This document shows positions 56,828 to 64,000 of a stretch of 64,000 bases of DNA, piece after piece. The notes under the pieces were generated by a model that saw nothing but the letters and a program-made list of their open reading frames with translations, ran no database searches and had not been told where the DNA came from. Source of the stretch: Schizosaccharomyces osmophilus (lineage: Eukaryota); NCBI RefSeq assembly GCF_027921745.1, contig NC_079240.1, forward strand, positions 1,488,001-1,552,000. The letters are read 5' to 3'. Position 1 is the stretch's first letter, and every line of letters starts with the position of its first letter. Made by a program: the position numbers and the translations under genes.

Positions 56828-58585
56828 TTAACGACTCCAATTGCGATCTGTGTCTTGCGACATGCTAGAAGATCGCTGCTTCGAATAAACATTTCCTTTG
56901 CTTTTATAACCTCCACGGCGCTCTTTCTTGTCAGTGCGTCCACTGGCACCGATGGTGATATTAACATTAGGAGGATGATCAAAACCAAAGGATTTTGCTA
57001 CCTTTGCTAAATCTAGTTTATTGATGTCAAATATCGACTTTAAAGAGTAAGAGGCATAAGCTTGAAGGTATGAACGGTATCCATCTTTAGCAGATTGCTG
57101 CAAATAATAGTTTTTAGAAACAAGCTTTTCCAACTGAGATTGGACGTTGGCGATTTTGTTAGCAGGGAACTCGTATTCATTCAAGGGAACTCTGGCGTTC
57201 TTTAAATAGCGCAAGAAACCAAGTTCGGAAGGAGTAAGGAACATCAAACACTTACCCCTCTTTTGGTTGCCTCTAGCGGTACGACCAACACGGTGGATGT
57301 AATCACGAGGATCATCTGGTGGATCATATTGAACAATCCAGTCTACTGCAGGGATATCGAGACCACGAGCAGCAACGTCTGTACACAGCAAAATACCTCT
57401 TTCAGCGTTACAAAACTCAAAAAAGGTATTTGTACGGCGCTGTTGCTTTTGTTTGCCGTGAAGATCCAGAACAGGTAAGTCGATGTAATTCAAAAGTTCG
57501 GCCAAGTACTTTACAGATGCACAGGAGGACATGAAAACGAGCACCTTTTTCTTCAAGTTTCTTTTTAAGAAAGAAAACAAAAGAAGGAATCGTTTGTCAG
57601 AATCAACCACTACGTAGCCCTGTTCCAAACCTTCTACTGTTGAAGTGTCTTTCGAGGAGTCAACGTTAATGTATAGAGGACCAGCTCTTAAAGAAATTCT
57701 GGCCAAGTCCTCTACTTTAGTAGTTTGAGTGGCAGAAAACAATGAGGTTTGACGGTCTTCAGAAGGAAGCACCTTAACGATTTGACGCATTTCGTCTTCG
57801 AAACCAATTTCCAAAATACGATCGGCTTCATCAATGACAAGAGAACGAAGGTTACGATAAACGAATCCCTTGGTGTTTTGCAAATGATCCAGCAATCGAC
57901 CAGGAGTAGCCACCAATAAGTTGACACCCTTGACAAGCTTCTCAGCTTCAGCACGGCGATTCGCACCTCCAATGACGATACCATATGTCTGATGATGATA
58001 TTTCAAGACTTCCTTGGCAACACCAAAAATTTGAAGGGCCAATTCACGGGTTGGAGATACAATAATCACACCTGTACCATTACGTGGCTTGAATTTCAAT
58101 GCATAAAGCATTTCAATAGCTGGAATTAAGAAAGCAAGTGTCTTACCGCTACCAGTCTTAGCAGCACCTAAGACATCGCGACCAGCAAGTAAAGGAGGAA
58201 TCGTACGAGCTTGTACTTCAGTCATTTTCTCAAAAGACATATCTTCGATGGCCTTTTGTGTATTTTCAGAAAGAGGAAGCTCGGAAAAGTTTTCAACCTC
58301 TCCTTGAATACTTCCATTCAAGTTGGCTGTTCCACGAACTTCCTGTTCGCCCTCATCTTCATTTCCCTCGCTCTCAACTTCTTTAAAATTCTCTTCTACC
58401 GAAGCACTCTCTCCTTCACTCTTTTCTTGGTCTCTGGCAGTTTTCTCTTTTTTTTTCTTTTTTTTCTCGGGGGTTGATTCCACAGCAATTCCGTCCTGCT
58501 GTACTATAGCAGCTTCTTTTTCGAGTTCCTCTTCAGGTTTCACTTCGGACTGAACCTTTTTACGCTTCAATTCCGATTTACCCAT
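56828..58585 (-). CDS. has1: DEAD-box RNA helicase Has1
   Basis: [44 protein letters not shown]. Confidence 0.96.
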   Translation of the reverse strand: MGKSELKRKKVQSEVKPEEELEKEAAIVQQDGIAVESTPEKKKKKKEKTARDQEKSEGESASVEENFKEVESEGNEDEGEQEVRGTANLNGSIQGEVENFSELPLSENTQKAIEDMSFEKMTEVQARTIPPLLAGRDVLGAAKTGSGKTLAFLIPAIEMLYALKFKPRNGTGVIIVSPTRELALQIFGVAKEVLKYHHQTYGIVIGGANRRAEAEKLVKGVNLLVATPGRLLDHLQNTKGFVYRNLRSLVIDEADRILEIGFEDEMRQIVKVLPSEDRQTSLFSATQTTKVEDLARISLRAGPLYINVDSSKDTSTVEGLEQGYVVVDSDKRFLLLFSFLKRNLKKKVLVFMSSCASVKYLAELLNYIDLPVLDLHGKQKQQRRTNTFFEFCNAERGILLCTDVAARGLDIPAVDWIVQYDPPDDPRDYIHRVGRTARGNQKRGKCLMFLTPSELGFLRYLKNARVPLNEYEFPANKIANVQSQLEKLVSKNYYLQQSAKDGYRSYLQAYASYSLKSIFDINKLDLAKVAKSFGFDHPPNVNITIGASGRTDKKERRGGYKSKGNVYSKQRSSSMSQDTDRNWSR

Positions 58586-59117
58586 CTCTGAAACACCGCG
58601 TGACAGTATAGGTTCCTGGTGAGTTCTCTGCGTACAGAAAAACCCAATTCTATGTGTCGATTCACAGTAGTCATTTACCGAGCTCGTTGTAGTACTCTTC
58701 CTAATACCTAACGAATACTGTTCGCTTTCATAATTTTATAGAAGCATATGTTATTAAGATAATAATCATATAGTAATAAAGCATCTATTCTCTCATTTCC
58801 AAGTTTAGAGATGTAACCCACTAGCTTGTTACTTGCTTTAATGCAATCACTTTTCATAGCTTTGTAAGCCACCTTTTAAGCCACCCTTTGATTAGAGAGT
58901 ATTTTCAGCAGTCTCTCCTAACTACTGTTTCGAACCCAGTCCCTCTTTTTTGTTTTCTCAGAACGCTTTTCTTTTATTGTGCTAACAATCGACGTACATT
59001 CATCTTCCAATTGTGCCTTGAAATACTTAACGGCAAACGGGTAAAATTCCGCATAGCAACCAGAGCCTTTCAACACCGGTGAACGAGAAGAGTTTATAAC
59101 CGGAACTAGGCTCCAAT

Positions 59118-61253
59118 ATGAGGCTTCTACAAAGCCTCTTTTTCTCTCTTTGCCTATTTTTTTGTATCATTAAATCGGCTCTGGCAAATTCGAAGTATTT
59201 AGACGTGAAGTCGTTGACAACATGTATGGCTAATTCGCAGTTTTCCGCTTCGACGCTAGACGCTGTGTATTATCCAGATAATACTTCTATCTACTTTGAT
59301 GTGTCAGCACGTTCCCTTGTGTCTACTAATGTGTCGATCCATGTAAATGTCAATGCTTATGGATTTACACTGGAGAAAACAATCGATCCTTGTGGTATGA
59401 ACATTGCTGGATTTTGTCCTATGCAGGCTGGAAACATTATCTTAGAAGGAAACCATAATTTAACCGGCGAAGTAATTAAATGGATTGATGATCTTCCCGG
59501 CATTGCCTACTTAGTGCCTGACTTGGACGCAAAAGTAACCGTCAATATGTATGATACAAACAGCAACCAAAGGATTGCCTGTGTAATGACGAACGTTGGG
59601 AATGGTCGCTCCGTGTACTATCGTGTCATCTATTGGGTTATGTGCATGGTGATTGGTATTCCTTTGCTCTTGTCTCTACTTTTATCTCCCCTCCTTCAAA
59701 CCCCAGCTATATGGGAAGTTTTCGAAAACATGGTTGTGCTATTCCAGTTTGCACAGATGCAAGCTCTTTATGCCATGATGGCAAGTCCTCTTCCAGCAAT
59801 TATCTTTAGCTGGGGACGTAATTTTATTTGGTCTATGGGCATAATTAAAATAGGCTTTATGCAAAAAGTATTCACCTGGTATGTGAAGTCCACTGGAGGT
59901 GACCCTTCTGTTCTCGTAGAAATGGGTTCCCATGCCAATGTGGGTCTTGCAAAACGTGGACTAGACACCGCGTCTTATTTTTCCAAAAGGGCTTCAAATT
60001 CGACTCTAGGATTAGGCTCCTCTTCGAGTTCGAATAATGGTACCGTTTCGCTTAGTGGCATTAAACGTATTTCCTATTTGATGGGAATTGAGACGACTAA
60101 TTTTTTTGTTACTGGGTTTTCATTCTTTGTCATCCTTCTTGGATTTACTGTATGTATTGCCATATTGTCTCGAATTGTTCTTGAGTTGTACTACCTTATT
60201 GCGAAAGATAAGACATTAAAAAGGCAACGTGTTCGTGAATACTGGAAAGCCACCGCGAAAGGATTTTTCTACCGAGCCATTTATCTTGGCTTTTGGCAAA
60301 TGAGTGTTTTGTGTATGTGGGAAATATACACTCGTGATTCTTCAGCTTTGGCATTCCTATCTATGTATGTAATCGTAGATATGGCCATTTTATTATTGTA
60401 CGCGTTTGTGCGTACAATGCAAATCATTCGCAAGACTGGTGCATTTTCTGATCCGGATGCCTTGTTCAATTTGTATTCGGATACGCAACATTTGATGAGG
60501 TGGGGATTCATGTATGTTAGCTACCGACATCGCTTTTTCTTTTTGAGCTTTTTCTTGCTCATTGTAATTTTGATAAGATCGATGTTTATCGGTTTTGGTC
60601 AAACCTCGCCGGTAGTACAAGGTTGTGCTATGTTTGCGATTAGTGTTGTGGAGTTTTTCTTTATGGTCTTTGCACGACCATATGCGACAAAGCACTTGAA
60701 TGGTTTGCACATTGGTATTGCTTTGGTGAATTTGATTAGTGGTACATTTATTCTAATTATGTGCAAAGCGTTTACGATAAACGAGCTCGCTCGTCAAGTG
60801 ATTGGAATTGTGTTCTTCGCTGTAAATGCTATTGCGATGCTGCTATTGATTTTGGGTATTTTCATTCGCAACGTTATAGTGTTGTTACGAAGAAGCAAGA
60901 ATGGTACTTATTATCGTATATTGGACGAATCGAATGAAAAGAGCAGTTCTGACAAAGATTTTTCTAAGCATCCAAGCTCAGAAATGAACGTTTTCCATGA
61001 TTCTGGGTTTACGGGAACGACAATGCGAGGTTCGACAGACTTGCGCACGACGGATAACCCATTCTCGGGTGGTGACGACAGGTTTTCAAATCATAAAAAT
61101 AATTTGCCATGGCAAGCCATTGAGGAAGAATCGTTTACTAGGTTGCATGAACCTAAAACGAACGAGCATTACAGGGATCCTAGTGATGTTGAATCGAATG
61201 GGTACGACGGAAGGTATCGACGAAGACCATTGCCTGATACACCCTTCTATTAG
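59118..61253 (+). CDS. pkd2: TRP-like/FLC-family membrane channel Pkd2
   Basis: Signal peptide, ML-like N-domain (IDPC..FCPM, PGIAYLVPDLDA), multiple TM helices; synteny. Confidence 0.92.
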   Translation: MRLLQSLFFSLCLFFCIIKSALANSKYLDVKSLTTCMANSQFSASTLDAVYYPDNTSIYFDVSARSLVSTNVSIHVNVNAYGFTLEKTIDPCGMNIAGFCPMQAGNIILEGNHNLTGEVIKWIDDLPGIAYLVPDLDAKVTVNMYDTNSNQRIACVMTNVGNGRSVYYRVIYWVMCMVIGIPLLLSLLLSPLLQTPAIWEVFENMVVLFQFAQMQALYAMMASPLPAIIFSWGRNFIWSMGIIKIGFMQKVFTWYVKSTGGDPSVLVEMGSHANVGLAKRGLDTASYFSKRASNSTLGLGSSSSSNNGTVSLSGIKRISYLMGIETTNFFVTGFSFFVILLGFTVCIAILSRIVLELYYLIAKDKTLKRQRVREYWKATAKGFFYRAIYLGFWQMSVLCMWEIYTRDSSALAFLSMYVIVDMAILLLYAFVRTMQIIRKTGAFSDPDALFNLYSDTQHLMRWGFMYVSYRHRFFFLSFFLLIVILIRSMFIGFGQTSPVVQGCAMFAISVVEFFFMVFARPYATKHLNGLHIGIALVNLISGTFILIMCKAFTINELARQVIGIVFFAVNAIAMLLLILGIFIRNVIVLLRRSKNGTYYRILDESNEKSSSDKDFSKHPSSEMNVFHDSGFTGTTMRGSTDLRTTDNPFSGGDDRFSNHKNNLPWQAIEEESFTRLHEPKTNEHYRDPSDVESNGYDGRYRRRPLPDTPFY

Positions 61254-61612
61254 TTTCACTCTTTCTTTTTATGAGCATTTTATTATAAGAGGCATTACAC
61301 AGCACAATATAAAGTGGATTTATTAGAAGTTTAGATCCATTACCGGGACAATTTGTTGCTCGTGAATCTGCGAGTACACAATGCCATTATGAAGCCGTTC
61401 TATGCATTTTGGAAAGACGGCCTACTGTCAGATCTCGGAGAAGAACCCCCCTAAATTATCACTGCATAAGCATAAGTCGTACTATATTTATTTGAAAGAT
61501 AGTTGTTATTTTCTTCATACTGCATACCTGTTATCTAAGTTTTTATTTTTACGTTGTCATACAGACTCTTGGAAATCTTGTCGTGTGTGATATGATTTTA
61601 TATCTTAAGATC

Positions 61613-61634
61613 CTCTCTCTCTCTCTCTCTCTCT
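61613..61634 (+). repeat. (CT)11 microsatellite
   Basis: Read directly from the sequence. Confidence 0.95.
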
Positions 61635-61774
61635 TCTTGAGGACCTGTTTTAGTTTTTCGTTACCTTTGAACGTTAATACAAATTGATACTGTAATTTTA
61701 CAACGTTGTCGATGAGGGTACATGGATGAAGAGTAAAAATTTTTCGTTGTAAAGCTCTTTCCTAAAAGCATATA

Positions 61775-62008
61775 TCAATTTATAAGGCGATAAAATCCAG
61801 CGCTCATGAATCCTGTAGCTAATGACAATATTCCCAGTCGTTTTGTACGGTAAAATGGGGTACCTCTGGGAATGTTAGACTGCCAGTAGGCGTAAGCACC
61901 AAGCCCTGTGAATGCTGCAGCACCTATGAGGCGGCAGGGCAGACAATCGTACTGCTCAAATTTTGGATCTTTAAGATCAACGGGGGATTCCGATTGTGAA
62001 GCAGACAT
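61775..62008 (-). CDS. tam6: Small mitochondrial membrane protein, DUF4536/DMAC1-like
   Basis: DCLPCRLIG followed by two hydrophobic helices and GFYRL; ATG at 62008; synteny. Confidence 0.8.
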   Translation of the reverse strand: MSASQSESPVDLKDPKFEQYDCLPCRLIGAAAFTGLGAYAYWQSNIPRGTPFYRTKRLGILSLATGFMSAGFYRLIN

Positions 62009-62862
62009 CAAACAAAAACAGCCACCCAAATAAAAGAAAAAGGGTTCTATGACAAAAACCGAAACAACGAATTAGGAGCAAAAAGTGGCTACGGGCAGCA
62101 ACTCAAAAAGGTTAGAATAGAATTGGACCGTAGAAAATCAAGAGCAACAAAATGAAACTCTAGTTGGGATTGAATCAAAGAGCTATGTTTCTTATAACGG
62201 AAAATCAGACCAAAGAACCACACGAGACGATTGAGTCGACCCAAGAAAGACCAAGGACTGTAGAGTTTAGCTAGGACGTTAGAACTTGCAAGATATCGGA
62301 TCGTTCAAGAAACCGATCCACCGAACACAACGAATCTTATTCAAATAAAGAAGTCAATTCTTCTTGAAGCCAGTACAAACTTCGACTGCTTTCCACGATT
62401 CCTACAAAATGGGTATCTCGTCTTTGGGTTTGTTTACATGGATAGTGAGGCGTTACGAGCTTGAAAATTTCTTTTCCCTGTCTATGACTAAGTACGATAT
62501 CTACCGTCGTTCCTTCATCAAAGCAACAACTTCGGAAGTTCCTTAAGCCGGAAAACGTCTTAACAATTTTTTTAAATCTACCTTATCCCTTTCATCGTGC
62601 ATCTTCTCGTCCGAACCTTGCGCTCTTACTCCGTTTTTCATTCATTTCTGTGTTATCTAATACTGTCTAAGCCGCTATACGATTCTACACAGTGGTTCGT
62701 TGTGGTTCAGTAAACGTGCAGCTTTTGAGCCCGAAAGAATAGAGTAAATAAGTTAACCACTGCCATAACGAAGGAAAGAGCGGTGACTCAAAATCAGTTA
62801 TAAACAACAATCTACTTTAAGTTTTTGCTTTCATTGTAAAGCAGGAAAAAAGTTAATTAGGA

Positions 62863-63958
62863 ATGGCAACTGAACTTCGTAGAAAACTGGTTATTGTGGG
62901 AGACGGTGCATGTGGTAAAACATGTCTTTTAATGTAAGTATACGAGCTGGTTGTTGGGAAATAGGGCTTATTCAACGATGGCAAGCTGAATAAAGTGATT
63001 CTTCTCCATTTCATGTGATGTTTCGCTTGGTTTCTGAAGCAGAAATGCTTATTGACTTGTTCATGTTTAAAAGCTTTTTCGTTGGAAAGAGTATAGACTT
63101 TTCTGGGGCATATTCCAGTGACGCCACATGGATATAGAATGGACCGCTTCTTTCGAAAAGGGAGAGTGCCATGCTATAGTTTGAAAGGACTGAGGGCTTA
63201 TAAAGAAGGGATCGACAACTCGCATTTCTATAAGATGTTGGTTTGATTTGCATGAAAAGATAGTTGTCTTTTGTACTCTTTTGGTTTCTATTTCTGTTGA
63301 CTGCTTGTTTCTTTCAAAAGCTCTTTTCATTTTGCACCTTCTTTCAAACCCCGCTTGTTTCTCCAACTAGACTCGTATCTTTTGTTCTCTCAAGTTCCAA
63401 TCATTACTAACTTTCTATAGTGTGTTTTCAAAGGGCACCTTCCCAGAAGTTTATGTTCCCACTGTCTTTGAAAACTATGTTGCTGATGTAGAGGTTGATG
63501 GACGTCACGTAGAATTGGCCTTGTGGGATACTGCCGGTCAAGAAGATTATGACCGCTTGAGACCCTTGTCTTATCCGGACTCTCATGTTATTCTTATTTG
63601 TTTCGCTGTCGATTCTCCCGATTCCCTTGACAATGTCCAAGAGAAATGGATTTCCGAAGTCCTTCACTTCTGCTCTAGTCTCCCTATATTGCTTGTCGCT
63701 TGCAAGGCTGATTTGCGCCATGATCACAAGATCGTTGAAGAACTCTCCAAAACTCAACAACATCCTGTTAGTAGCGAAGAGGGTCAAACCGTCGCTCAGA
63801 AAATCGGTGCTTACAAGTATTTGGAATGCTCTGCCAAGACAAACGAGGGCGTTCGTGAAGTTTTCGAGTCTGCTACCCGTGCTGCTATGTTGAAGCACAA
63901 GCCAAAGACCAAGCCTTCCAGTGGTAGCAAAAAGAAGAAGCGTTGCATTTTGATGTAA
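62863..63958 (+). CDS. rho1: Rho-family GTPase Rho1, 2 exons
   Basis: Exon 1 62863-62933 ([23 protein letters not shown]), 487-nt intron GTAAGT..TACTAAC..TAG, exon 2 63421-63958; [18 protein letters not shown], CaaX box. Confidence 0.98.
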
Positions 63959-64000
63959 AGTGACTTTTCTATGGAATATCATCATATACTCTCCATTTAG

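Noticed and set aside
63014..63037. TGTGATG...CTGA as a box C/D snoRNA in the rho1 intron
   Set aside because: The C box is imperfect and the spacing is far too short.
63428..63985. 185-aa ORF antisense to rho1, and similar shadow ORFs over dap1, the zinc-knuckle gene and the helicase
   Set aside because: All overlap well-supported genes and lack protein-family features.

Overview
Gene-dense eukaryotic DNA from a fission yeast (Schizosaccharomyces). Gene order follows my recollection of the S. pombe chromosome I SPAC26H5/25B8/683/694/1F7 block (rpo41 to rho1). The proteins are clearly diverged from S. pombe, so this is probably an S. octosporus/cryophilus-clade species (inference). I support 31 protein-coding genes, six of them spliced by hand (kei1, dia4, pof1, myg1, rps25, rho1), one initiator tRNA-Met, and several promoter elements (Homol D/E, MCB, CRE/M26, Loz1-type sites). 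No transposon or CRISPR was seen. The most interesting signals are non-coding. First, a degenerate tRNA-like element with A and B boxes but no anticodon arm sits 6 nt upstream of tRNA-iMet. Second, the three longest introns (rho1, myg1, kei1) each contain stems that would shorten them to roughly normal intron size. Other leads are a DDX60-like helicase divergent from a zinc-knuckle gene, a possible methyltransferase/TF/HAD/dioxygenase cluster, and a CILM CaaX box on Rho1. Gene names come from motif recognition and recalled synteny, not from database searches.
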